The notes under the pieces: model-generated
What the model saw: the letters and a program-made list of their open reading frames with translations, nothing else
Databases searched by the model: none
What the model was told of the DNA's origin: nothing
Shown: positions 53,401 to 64,000 of the stretch, one piece after another
Numbering within the stretch: the first letter of the stretch is position 1
Layout of the letters: every line of letters begins with the position of its first letter
From: Lytechinus pictus
Taxonomy: Eukaryota
Assembly: GCF_037042905.1 (NCBI RefSeq)
Contig: NC_087246.1
Span: forward strand, 10,108,001-10,172,000
Length of the DNA stretch: 64,000 nt
Direction: 5' to 3'
Position numbers and translations under genes: made by a program

Positions 53401-56400
53401 CGATGATCAAGTTGACGAATAAGATAATGACAAAGTTCGATGTCGTGGAACTCTAAAGCTCTATGATGAGGTTGACGAATATGACAATGTTCGATGATGA
53501 GAAGACAATTACTAAGAGCAGTCGAAATTGAAGTCCATCGCTCAATAAGAAACTAGTTCAAAGTAAATAGATCCAAAGCGGTTGGCGAAATAAATCAATG
53601 AAATGAAGTTTGATGATTATTGTTCTCAAATGGCAAAGCGAGATCAGTGCATTGAGCGAAGCTACCAAGACGAAGAAAAATTAATGAACTGAGCTAAGAG
53701 CAGAGCTCTTGTTGACCAAACGCTAATTCTCGAACTTCTGGGGATCATTCCCCACAATCAGCCAAATTTTCTACCAAACAAGACTTTCCTCCAATCAGAT
53801 TGATGTAAAACGCACCAATCAGAAAGCTCAAAAATCCAACCAATCACAGCTATACAATACAGAAAGGAAAAATGTCCGAGAAGGACTAAAATGTGTTTGC
53901 TATTTATCAAAAATCTATCCATATAAAAAGACTGTGATTGCTAGCCAGACATCTAGAATAAGACTAAGGACAATAATTAAAAATCTCTCTATCTAATACA
54001 ATTTCTTAAAGAAACAAATGGATAACTACGAATTACAAGCATAAAATTACCTCCAAAAGTTGACTTAGCACTACATCGCTACCGCAACCACCGCCAGTCA
54101 AGGAAATGTCAGAAGAAAGGAATGCGCGCATTAAAAAAAAGGCACGTGCGTGGCAAGAAACAACCAAAAGTCACGTGGACCTAAAAAGGTCACGTACAGA
54201 GCGTGGGAGAATTTTATTGTTTTTAAACAAAGGAGCTGAAGGAAAAGATTAAAAGGTCAAAAGAACTAGGTGGTTGCGCTAACGGAATTAAAACCTAAAT
54301 GAGCCTTATTTACAAGTCTATCTAAACTGCAATATTATTTAACAAACAGACCACAGCTAACACGAGCTGCTACAATACCATTCACCATACAGACTACCAT
54401 TAAACACCATTCACCACACATACTTCTACCATTTGAACACTGGCTACCATTGACATCACGATTGAAATACCATTCACCACACACACTACCATTAAACACC
54501 ATTCACCACACATACTTCTACCATTTGAACACTGGCTACCATTGACATCACAATTGAAATACCATTCACCATACAGACTACCATTAAACACCATTCACCA
54601 CACATACTTCTACCATTTGAACACTGGCTACCATTGACATCACGATTGAAATACCATTCACCATACAGACTACCATAAAACACCATTCACCACACATACT
54701 TCTACCATTTGAACACTGGCTACCATTGACATCACAATTGAAATACCATTCACCATACAGACTACCATTAAACACCATTCACCACACATACTTCTACCAT
54801 TTGAACACTGGCTACCATTGACATCACAATTGAAATACCATTCACCATACAGACTACCATTAAACACCATTCACCACACATACTTCTACCATTTGAACAC
54901 TGGCTACCATTGACATCACAATTGAAATACCATTCACCATACAGACTACCATTAAACACCACTCACCACACAGACTTCTACCATTTGAACACTGGCTACC
55001 ATTGACATCACAATTGAAATACCATTCACCATACAGACTACCATTAAACACCACTCACCACACAGACTTCTACCATTTGAACACTGGCTACCATTGACAT
55101 CACAATTAAAATACCATTCACCATACAGACTACAATTAAACACCATTCACATACAGACTTAAACGCTGCTTGCCATTGCCACCACAATTAAAATACCATT
55201 CACCATACAGACTACCATTTAACATATTTATCACACAGACTTCTACCATTTGAAAACTGGTTACCATTGACATCACAATTAAAATACCATTCACCATACA
55301 GACTACAATTAAACACCATTCACATACAGACTTAAACGCTGGTTGCCATTGCCACCACAATTAAAATACCATTCACCATACAGACTACCATTAAACATAT
55401 TCATCACACAGACTTCTACCATTTGAAAACTGGTTACCATTGACATCACAATTGAAATACCATTCACCATACAGACTACCATTAAACATATTCACCACAC
55501 AGACTTCTACCATTTGAACACTGGCTACCATTGACATCACAATTAAAATACCATTCACCATACAGACTACAATTAAACACCATTCACATACAGACTTAAA
55601 CGCTGCTTGCCATTGCCACCACAATTAAAATACCATTCACCATACAGACTACCATTTAACATATTTATCACACAGACTTCTACCATTTGAAAACTGGTTA
55701 CCATTGACATCACAATTAAAATACCATTCACCATACAGACTACAATTAAACACCATTCACATACAGACTTAAACGCTGGTTGCCATTGCCACCACAATTA
55801 AAATACCATTCACCATACAGACTACCATTAAACATATTCATCACACAGACTTCTACCATTTGAAAACTGGTTACCATTGACATCACAATTGAAATACCAT
55901 TCACCATACAGACTACCATTAAACATATTCATCACACAGACTTCTACCATTTGAACATTGGTTACCATTGACATCATTATTAAAATACCATTCACCATAC
56001 AGACTACCATTAAACACCATTCACCACACAGACTTAAGCGCTGGTTGCCATTGACACCACAATTAAAATACCATTCACCATACAGACTACCATTAAACAC
56101 CATTCACCACACATACTTCCACCAGTGGAACACTGGCTACCATTGACATCACAATTGAAATACCGTTCACCATACAAACTACCATTAAACACCATTCACA
56201 TACAGACCCCTACAGACTTAAGCGCTGGTTGCCATTGCCACCACAATTAAAATACCATTCACCATACAGACTACCATTAAACACCATTCACCACACATAC
56301 TTCCACCAGTGGAACACTGGCTACCATTGACATCACAATTGAAATACCGTTCACCATACAAACTACCATTAAACACCATTCACATACAGACCCCTACAGA

Positions 56401-59151
56401 CTTAAGCGCTGGTTACCATTGACATCACAATTGAAATACCATTCACCATACACACTACCATTAAACACCATTCACCACACATACTTCCACCAGTGGAACA
56501 CTGGCTACCATTGACATCACAATTGAAATACCATTCACCATACACACTACCATTAAACACCACTCACCACACAGACTTCTACCATTTGAACACTGGCTAC
56601 CATTGACATCACAATTAAAATACCATTCACCATACAGACTACCATAAAACACCATTCACCACACATACTTCTACCATTTGAACACTGGCTACCATTGACA
56701 TCACAATTGAAATACCATTCACCATACAGACTACCATTAAACACCATTCACCACACATACTTCTACCATTTGAACACTGGCTACCATTGACATCACAATT
56801 GAAATACCATTCACCATACACACTACCATTAAACATATTCATCACACAGACTTCTATACCATTTGAAAACTGGTTACCATTGACATCACAATTAAAATAC
56901 CATTCACCATACAGACTACCATTAAACACCATTCACATACAGACTTAAACGCTGGTTGCCATTGCCACCACAATTAAACAGCGTGGTGCGAGCTGAAAGA
57001 AGCTCTAATGAGTCAACCAGTGCTTCATTTCTATGACTGCACAAAACCCACAAAGATATCAGCTGACGCTTAAAAAAATAGACTAGGAGCAGTTCTCCTA
57101 CAGCAACATGAGCAAAATTGGCATCCCATAGCTTACGCATCAAGAGCTATGACTGATGCAGAAACACGTTACGCTCAGATAGAAAAAGAACTCTTAGCTA
57201 TCACGTACGGATGTGAAAAATTTCATCAATATATCTATGGTCAAAAGATAGAAGTTGAAACAGATCACAAGCCACTTATTCCATTGTTTGTTAAGTCATT
57301 GGCAGATTGTCCTCTACGCATTCAAAGATTACTAATCAGAGTACAGAGATATGATCTCAAAGTGTCATATACACCTGGAAAGTACATGTTCACTGCTGAT
57401 ACACTGTCACGAGCAGTAGATCCAAAAGCAGAATTGAATGTTGAAACTGAAGATACCAATACCAGTACCAATATAAACCTCTTTAAAGAAAGGGAGGTGT
57501 GGTGATAACTGAATAAGGTCTGCAAGGGTAGACTATACTATGTTATTACACGTGACCACTTGTACTGAGAAAGCTATGGCTGCTACTAAGATGACGGAGT
57601 AGTGATGTAGCTCACCTAATAAATGTCTGTTGTAAATATGTTACAAAGAACTGCCTACTGGACTTTGATTTATATTCAACATAAGATCCAACCAGTTATA
57701 AAAGGCATAACCACATTGGTTAGATCATGCAAAGAGGACGCACTACTGATCAATTAGATTGCGTGTTGTATTTCAGATACGCGTCTGCATTTAAGTCATA
57801 CTTATATATATCTTTGTGAAACACCCCCAGGTCCCTGTAAAAGAATATCAATTGTACAATTACATGTAAACATGTGTTCAGACCATGTAATAAAATTACT
57901 AATTGAATATTAATGTTTACATGTTTATAAGCCAAAATTAATAATTAAGGAGAGAAGCAATAAAAATGAAACCAGTAACAAAGATATTAAGAATTGAAAA
58001 ACTTGTATAGTTGTGGGGTTTGTAGTTTGCACATATATGCCACAGTGACATTAATCTGTAAAACAGCCATTGGACTCATCTTTTATTTACTGGCACAGAA
58101 ACATGGATCATTTTCAAAGTATTCCCAAAGACCAAGCAGCTTCTTTGTCAACACATCACCAGAGTGAGTTACATTCCCACTTTAATTAATATGTTCATTT
58201 GTTGTGCTCTCAAAACCCCCTCATTTTTCAATATGACCCATTTATTTTGTGCAACATGTTAATTCAAACTGTACACTTTGTCCAAATAAGATTCTAAGTA
58301 TGGCTAAAGGCCACCGCACACCTTACGACCCGACTGGTCTACAACTGGCTTGCGACTGAGTGAGGGGAGATGTGACGTCACAGCTCTTGTCAGCTTGATA
58401 GTCGCAGACTGGTCAAGGACAAGTCGCAAGGAAAATCGTAAGGATTTGACATGTCAAATCCTTATGACTGGATCGCAAGCTCAATCCAACTTCCAGCCAA
58501 TCAGACAGCAGAGTTGCAAGACGCGTATATGATAAACAACGCGCATACGCAGTAGTAAGTGCATTTTCTCAGTTGCTATGGCAAAAAGCATAAAGCGCAT
58601 GCGTGAGTCGCAGACAGCATGGTAGTCGGATCGCAAGGTGTGCGGTGTCGAGGCTTATGACTACCTTGCGATTCATCTCACCTCACTCAGTCGCAAGCCA
58701 GTCGCAGACCAATCAGGTCGTGAGGTGTGCAGTGGCCTTAAGAGTTTATTTATCAAAGAAAATATTCATATGTTGGTCTAAGAATTTTTTATTGGTAGGA
58801 TATATATGCACTGTTTATCTTTTTTTGAATACCCAAGAGTAAATAGAATAGAAAAACAAGAAGAAATTAATCAAAAGATAAATTAACAAGTTAGTGAAAA
58901 TTACAAATGAATGATAATATGCCTATTAAAAAACTCAATGAATAAATATGTGCATATAACTTTTTGAAATAGTACTTGCATTGATATTGAGTTTGAGATA
59001 TAAATGCAGTCACTTCATTGATTTGACTGGTCATTCCTTTCACCCACTCTCCAAAGTGATTGCTTGTTTTATGTGTTTTGTTTTTCTTTATTTCTCTAGG
59101 GCTGATGATGATATTCCAGAATTTGACAGCATCTTTAAAGATCTCTTCTGA
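22802..59151 (+). CDS. HFM1: ATP-dependent DNA helicase HFM1/MER3 (Ski2-like DExH helicase, Sec63 domain, C-terminal Zn finger); first coding exon not identified
   Basis: Exons: 22802-22932, 23566-23608, 24803-25080, 25325-25387, 25695-25762, 26077-26209 (SAPTGSGKT), 27710-27861, 28725-28805, 29216-29392 (DE|VH, SAT), 29678-29724, 30049-30202, 30831-30963, 31469-31570 (YHHAGL), 35971-36164 (TSTLAMGVNLPA, QMIGRAGRPQFD), 36456-36502, 37030-37211 (HLNAEI), 37805-37888, 38503-38594, 39134-39288, 39990-40087, 40533-40747, 41113-41196, 41785-41942, 42532-42635, 43179-43436, 43901-44232 (CSHRCLDKDTCAHDCCK), 44846-45116, 46288-46888, 47213-47390, 58099-58163, 59100-59151 (..DSIFKDLF*). All splice phases are consistent. 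The low-complexity N- and C-terminal exons are less certain than the helicase core. Confidence 0.95.
23200..23495 (+). repeat. (TAG)n microsatellite complex
   Basis: Interrupted GTA/TAG trinucleotide runs in an HFM1 intron. Confidence 0.95.
23680..24400 (-). mobile_element. Decayed L2/CR1-group LINE fragment
   Basis: Frameshifted RT C-terminal peptides: LNRIR..L..DTCQNVVRAFVLSR and LQCLQSKWARLI...HATPLLNELHWL. Confidence 0.75.
25388..25694 (+). other. U12-type (minor spliceosome) GT-AG intron of HFM1
   Basis: The 5' splice site GTATCCTTTT matches the U12 consensus. A branch-like CTCCTTAAT at ~25670-25678 lies ~16 nt before the AG, with no strong polypyrimidine tract. The flanking exons join in frame (EEI-P-DQYRSIF). 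Confidence 0.88.
27116..27517. mobile_element. MITE, TTAA-type
   Basis: Ends TTAAAGATAAATTCCAGTTG ... CAACTACGTTCATTTAGCTTTAA. Confidence 0.55.
31640..35700 (+). repeat. 62-bp tandem satellite, ~65 copies, in HFM1 intron
   Basis: Consensus TATGCATTTGTAACATCTTTCATATCTGCAGTAGATATAAAACTAGGCACTGCTATTCTCAC; period 62 (e.g. CTAGGCAC at 32341 and 32403). Confidence 0.97.
45892..46033. mobile_element. Short MITE (Harbinger-like)
   Basis: Near-palindromic GGCGGGTGTTTCATAAAGC...GCTTTATGAAACGGCCCC. Confidence 0.7.
48289..48841. mobile_element. MITE with C3G-homopolymer termini, 8-bp TSD
   Basis: CCCG(n)CCACTTACATTGACGAGTGGATACCATGC / GCATGGTATCCACTCGTCAATGGAAGTGGC(n)GGG; TSD TAATTATT at 48281-48288 and 48842-48849. 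Confidence 0.9.
48959..49801 (+). pseudogene. Gypsy gag remnant
   Basis: PPPLDLKGNISENWKRFKQKF..., LIRDRIICGI...L.LDK, CSRCG..H....CPA zinc knuckle; contains stops and frameshifts. Confidence 0.85.
49824..51050 (+). repeat. Composite TACCATT minisatellites (24, 83, ~36, ~11 bp periods)
   Basis: TACCATTCGGAAGTACCAGTGGAA x~6; 83-bp unit at 50025/50108/50191/50273; ACCATTCACAATCC.. ~36-bp units; short CTACCAT units. Confidence 0.9.
53130..53500 (+). repeat. 67-bp CpG-rich tandem repeat, ~5 copies
   Basis: GACGAATAAGATAATGACAAAGTTCGACTTCGATGTCGTTGATCGACTAAACTTCGATGATCAAGTT at 53280, 53347 and neighbouring positions. Confidence 0.9.
54376..56977 (+). repeat. 92-bp tandem array with variant units
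   Basis: TACCATTCACCATACAGACTACCATTAAACACCATTCACCACACATACTTCTACCATTTGAACACTGGCTACCATTGACATCACAATTGAAA, period 92; shorter variants are interspersed after 55100. Confidence 0.95.
56978..57480 (+). pseudogene. Gypsy pol remnant (RT connection/RNase H)
   Basis: LKEALMSQPVLHFYD..KISADA*..LGAVLLQ..PIAYASRAMTDAETRYAQIEKELLA..ETDHKPL..ADTLSR; protease, RT core and integrase are absent. Confidence 0.88.
58309..58737. mobile_element. MITE (PIF/Harbinger-like)
   Basis: TIR GGCCACCGCACACCTTACGACC / GGTCGTGAGGTGTGCAGTGGCC; internal palindrome AAGGATTTGACATGTCAAATCCTT. Confidence 0.85.
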
Positions 59152-61005
59152 ACCCAGTGAACTTCATGATAATAAACAGAATCTAGATGAACCATTATAT
59201 TTTAGGTTCAAATACATGTATATGTATTGACTTGTATCTAATTTTCTCTGCTGATATTAATGATTTTCCATCTGAACGGTGGTTTCGAAACCTAAAATTA
59301 TTCAATTGAATTGTTAAAGTATACATTAATGTCATGATATAAAAAATTTGAATTAATGTAGATTACTGAAAAAAAACCTCAGGTTTATATCATTAAATTA
59401 TTCAATATGTTTATGATACTTCAGTCAGTCATGTCATAATATGCATGAGTCTCCTTTGAAATATTTGTGAAAGCACAGAAATTTGCCAGTATACACTAGA
59501 AAATAAGATAATGAAGATATACATTTTTTTCAGTTGACAAAAATAGTAATGGAGAGAAAGAGTGAAATACTGTAATTGTATTCTTTTAATTTGCAAATAA
59601 ATTAAGTGAGACAAACAGTCTATGTCTCGTGTATAGTATTCTTGATGTAAAAACAATAATAAGCCTTATATCTGAAGTAAAGAACTGGTAATGGAACTTA
59701 TTGGTTTTGTAATATTGTTCAAATGAATGTGTGAAACAGCCTTAGCAAAGGTACAAATTTGAATGAAAATTGACTAAATGTTTACATGATATAGATTTTG
59801 GGATAAGTGACATGATAATGTATATTGCCCAATCTAGAGTGAATAATTCTTAAATCACGTAAGCTTGCTTTTTTATTCAGAGAAGACAATATTCAATTTG
59901 GTTGAATCTTCATTTAATGACAACCAATGTTATTAGTATTACTATCATTTAGAACTTAACATTTATAGGGAAATGTGGCAAAATTGTCATGTAAATATCA
60001 TATCATGCACTAACAGGATTCAGTTCATTATATGCTTATAATATCACTACCTTTTTCTCCATTCAGGTTATTCTGTCAAATGATTGAAACTTTTATTCAA
60101 GTTTTATTTCATGTCAACATTTATGAAAATTCACATTTGTTTTATTTGAAAAACGATGGTGAATCCAATTTGGCAGATTGATGCCGCCATCTCAAGTACA
60201 TTTGTCTAACAGAATGATATTTAAAATAATGCAATATCGCTAATTGTACATGCTCCAGATTTTGATTCGGGGTCAGATAAAATGCTTTGTGTAAGTATAA
60301 TAATAATAATAATAATTATAACATTTGTAGGGCGCTTAATACAGGTGTTTCTAAGCGCTCAGTTTTCTGCCTATCAACTAAATTACCGGGAAAAAAAAAA
60401 AAAAAAGTAGTGATTTTTACTGTATTTAGTGTGCATTTGCTTGGTATAGAACAAGGTGTGTCTTACAAAATAATATTAATTTTGCACACAAAGTTTTCTT
60501 ATGTAATACTTAAGTGAATGTAATGGAAAAAAAATATTGTAAAATATATATATATATATTCATATTCTACAATTATTATATAGCCTATTATCGCCCGCAT
60601 CAGACATCTGAGCTGGTCATTTACAAAACCGTATTGCCCTACATTTTCTGAATATCGGGAAGGGATAGGTACATTGTTTGTATTTTCCTCGGTCTCAACA
60701 TGCTCAAGGTTTGTATTGACTGCATGCAGAGACGATGCAAAATATACCTTTGTATTTTCCCTGGTCTCACATCCGGGCATTTGAGGATGTGTATAAAGAG
60801 ATACGCTTCATAATGATCCCCGCAGCAACAGTATACGTCATAATAAAGACAACGCTGGATCCAGGCACTGGCAAGTATATCATAATGGTAAAGTGCCGAG
60901 CCTAGACCCTGATATTAACATGACACGATAAAACTCTATTCTTAAAAGAAATGTCATTATTATCATGATTTTTGCTCTAGATATCTGATTTGGATGATAA
61001 TAAAA

Positions 61006-61146
61006 ATATTGACTGGCTCTTCTTTCGGGGAACATCAAATATATTGCCCTTAAAAGACCCATATTGCCCTTGTGTAAAGACTTGGGCCAATATGATTCTT
61101 TTGCTGGCAATATATTTGATGTTCCCCCTCAAGACCAGTCAATATT
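61006..61146. repeat. Long imperfect palindrome (MITE-like)
   Basis: AATATTGACTGG..GGGGAACATCAAATATATTGCC / GGCAATATATTTGATGTTCCCC..CCAGTCAATATT. Confidence 0.75.
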
Positions 61147-62609
61147 GTATAATTATTTATTGAAGATTTATCTCAATATTATATAATTATTTATTAAAGA
61201 TTTATTTATTTCATCTGATTTATGGAAATAAAAGTTGAATAAACTGTTTATATGTTTCTTAGTGCCTGATGATTAGAAACGTGTTGCAACGGCAATCCAT
61301 TAAAGACAAATAAATTGTCTCAGAAGAGTGTCAAATTTCACTTCAAGACTTTGATACACAAACATTCTTTGAGAAAGTAAACTCTTAACATAAATGGAAG
61401 TAAATAAAAAAAAAAATGAAATTTTCACCAATATGTGATTGAAATAGATCTACTAAGACTTTTAAGGTATCAATCAAACACAGAAATTGGTAATTATATG
61501 GAATAAAAATGTTTCATGTGAATGCACCACCAATTTATCCTAAATATAATAATAGTAGAGTGTTCTTTTTGTTTTAGCCCGAGTATTGCATGAAAAAGAT
61601 AACAAATTAATGATTCAATCATAACCCATGGTCTGGCTTAGTAAGTAACAAACGAAAGGTCTGGTACAGTGATTCAATTTATTCTTAGATAAACAAACTA
61701 TACTTCAACTTATTTTTAGAATCATTTGAAGTTATCAAGTTTTGAAGGGTTGATTTCTTAAAAAATTTACTTACTTAGCATAGAAAGGTTTGTATATTCG
61801 ATGGGTATCCGTACACATTCAAGAACTATCTTCTTGTAGTATGATTAAAAATGACAAGGGATTGAATGAATAAAAATGGGTTTACTGTGAAATAGCAGAA
61901 ATGCTTTTTTGCCCCAATTGGGGCTCCAAAATTTGAATACAGAAAGGTGTGGGGAAGCTTAGAATGCTTCCATGAGGTAGGCTGTATTGTGCCAGAAATT
62001 CTCTCCAGACGATTTGTTATTAGGCGATGCTTCTTACATCTTTTTTTCCCCACAGTATTAATACAAATAAAAATGGTTTGACTAATATGTACCATATAAG
62101 CCACCGTTCAATCACTTTTCCTGTCTGCTTGAATCATGTCGAGAACTTGACCGAGCCAATGGCCTACAGATTGGAGCCTTGGGCATGTTGCATGGGGCAG
62201 TCACCCGCAAATGTCATGCATAATATTCTCGAGATATTATGCTAAGATCCGTCTGTATATATTGGTCATTGTTATTTGATAAATGACCGGTCAAGATAAT
62301 ATACAATGACCGCTCATCCCCGGTCCTATTCCAATATACGCATAAGGCCAAATAATGACCAGTCAGGTGCACGCGCGCAACAAATAATATCATAAGATCC
62401 CATTTGTCATCTTATAGCATGTTGACGTTATCATGACTTTATCAAACCCTTTTCTGCATTCCTGGAAATGATTTATGATAATGATGATAAAAGTAATTAT
62501 TATAACATGCGTCCCTGCTATTACTCTAGCTTTAGCACGTTTACCTTGACTACGGGTACGGGCGCTCGAGCTCTCAAGGAACTCATACCGGCATGGACCT
62601 ACTATATAT

Positions 62610-62822
62610 GCTATTACTTTTATTATTATTACTTATTATTTGTACTGCGCTTTTCCCATTAGACCCAAAGCGCTTACAATTAATTAATTAAATGTAATCT
62701 TTTAAAAACTACAAAGTACGAAAGAGATGAGTTTTTAATGACTTTTTGCAAATTGCTAATGTTGGAGACTGTCTAATTATTAGTGGCAGGTCGTTCCAGG
62801 ATTTTGAAGCCGACACCGTAAA
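62610..62822 (-). mobile_element. L2-type LINE 3' end
   Basis: The minus strand reads FTVSASKSWNDLPLIIRQSPTL..KKSLKTHLF, followed by an AGCGCTTTGGG..AAAAGCGC stem and a (TAA)-rich tail. Confidence 0.75.
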
Positions 62823-63310
62823 GCAAGGTTTCCACTTTGGCGAGTTAACATCGCGAGTTATGGCGAGTTATAGCGAGTTGCCAAAAAGAGGCACTCGCGA
62901 TAACTCGGCATAAAGCTCACCATGAAACTCGGGATAACTCGGCATGGCTCGCCGGAGCTCGTTCAAGCTCGGGACAACTCTCCTTGAAGTCGTGAGCAGT
63001 TTCAAAATTTTTGAACATGTTCAAAAATTTTGCTAACTCGCTGTAACTCGTGCTGAACTCACCTAAACTCGTTATATACTCTCAGTACTCGCAATAACTC
63101 GTAAGAAGCTCGAGATAAACTCGCAATAACTCGTAATAACTCGCCACATCTGAGTATACGCGAGTGCGTTCCGAGTTTTCAAGAGCGAGATACGAGCATT
63201 GCGATCGTTTTACGAGTCAAGTGGAGGTGCCCACGAGATTAGCGTGACTTTAGATCGAGCACCCCGAGTTACAGCGAGTTTCGTATGAGTTTACTCCGAG
63301 TGCGTTGCAA
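62823..63310. mobile_element. Truncated MITE with AACTCG/CGAGTT motifs
   Basis: Starts GCAAGGTTTCCACTT and contains the palindrome AAAATTTTTGAACATGTTCAAAAATTTT; a similar palindrome lies at ~3917-3943 within an element starting GGCCCCCTCACACTT at ~3749. Confidence 0.6.
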
Positions 63311-63379
63311 GTGCTCAGAGGCATGCCAGCTGAATGATAAATGTCCAGTGATCTATATTTTCCCCACATATAAACCCCT

Positions 63380-63775
63380 CAAAAAAAGTTTGGAAGTCTG
63401 AGTTTGGCCATTAATTTCTCCCAATTCCAAAATTTACACATTGCATTGTGACATCATTTAAAAGGTCATTCAATTTTCTTTAAAATGCTACAATGCTTGT
63501 TATGATCATGCCATCACGAAAGAGCAGGATTCAAAAGTGCTGGATGAAGTCTGAATTGAAAAGCTGCAAAACGAGCAAAACAGTTTGGAAATCTGAGTTT
63601 GGCCATTAATTTCTCCCGACTCCAAATTTTACACAATGAATATTTGATATCTTTCAAAAGATCATTTGATTCTCTTTAAAATTATCACATGCTTGTTATG
63701 ATCATGCCATCAAAAAAGAGCAAAATTGAAAAGTGTTGGATGAAGTCTGAAGTGAAAAGCTGCAAAACGAGCAGA
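63380..63775 (+). repeat. Diverged ~197-bp tandem duplication
   Basis: AGTTTGGAA.TCTGAGTTTGGCCATTAATTTCTCCC...GCTGCAAAACGAGCA occurs twice (~63385 and ~63582). Confidence 0.8.
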
Positions 63776-64000
63776 AATAATCATGAAGGGTATACAGAAC
63801 ATGATTGTTTTGTCTGAGTCAATAAAGATGAAAATCCATTCAAATCAAACCCCTGCTTTTTCATTTTATAATGTTTTGTTGTGGTTTATGTTTGTTTGTT
63901 GTGTGTTTGCTTGTGGAGAGGTCTGTATGATTCCATTTGAATGTTGATGTTAAGGTGCATGAAAACAATTGCTGAGAATCTCACTCATCATCATGGAAGG

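Larger units (their letters stand above)
49802..56977. mobile_element. 7.2 kb non-coding insert in the Gypsy element, possibly CACTA/EnSpm-like, right end lost
   Basis: Starts CCCTTACAAAAAAATTGCTGG where gag/pro homology stops and ends where the RNase H region begins. TACCATT-based arrays at both ends; no long ORF. Confidence 0.5.
47731..57694 (+). mobile_element. Ty3/Gypsy LTR retrotransposon, decayed and internally deleted
   Basis: LTRs 47731-47931 and 57498-57694 (TG...CA, ~5 substitutions plus one 4-bp indel), 5-bp TSD GTTAT, PBS TGGTGTCAGA at 47932, PPT AAAGAAAGGGAGG at 57485-57497. Confidence 0.95.
47664..57827. mobile_element. MITE (Harbinger-like, CAG TSD) split by the LTR retrotransposon; arms 47664-47730 and 57695-57827
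   Basis: GGGGGTGTTTCACAAAGATTTAAGTATGACTTA / TAAGTCATACTTA..TCTTTGTGAAACACCCC, flanked by CAG on both sides. Confidence 0.75.

Noticed and set aside
54400..56932. Series of near-identical 64-aa minus-strand ORFs (MVFNGSLYGEWYF..)
   Set aside because: Translation artefact of a 92-bp repeat (period not a multiple of 3; frames close regularly).

Overview
AT-rich, intron-rich invertebrate animal DNA; the repeat types are suggestive of a sea urchin, but this is not established. Two meiotic/homologous-recombination genes lie head-to-head. RAD54B (- strand) has 4 coding exons visible, ATG at 8339, and runs off the left edge. HFM1/MER3 (+ strand) has 31 exons that I joined in frame from 22802 to TGA 59151, about 1576 aa; its first coding exon was not identified, and it carries one U12-type intron. 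Between them lie a candidate bidirectional promoter (~11 kb) and nested mobile DNA. An intact L1/Tx1-clade EN-RT ORF2 (1265 aa, poly(A) tail, 11-bp TSD, ~1.46 kb non-coding leader, no ORF1) sits inside a ~2.9 kb element bounded by long, diverged inverted repeats. HFM1 introns hold a ~4 kb 62-bp satellite and a multi-level nest: a MITE split by a decayed Gypsy LTR element, which in turn carries a second MITE and a 7.2 kb TACCATT-repeat insert. Many MITEs, LINE 3' remnants, a SINE and two decayed hammerhead-like motifs are also present. There is no CRISPR array or prokaryotic system.
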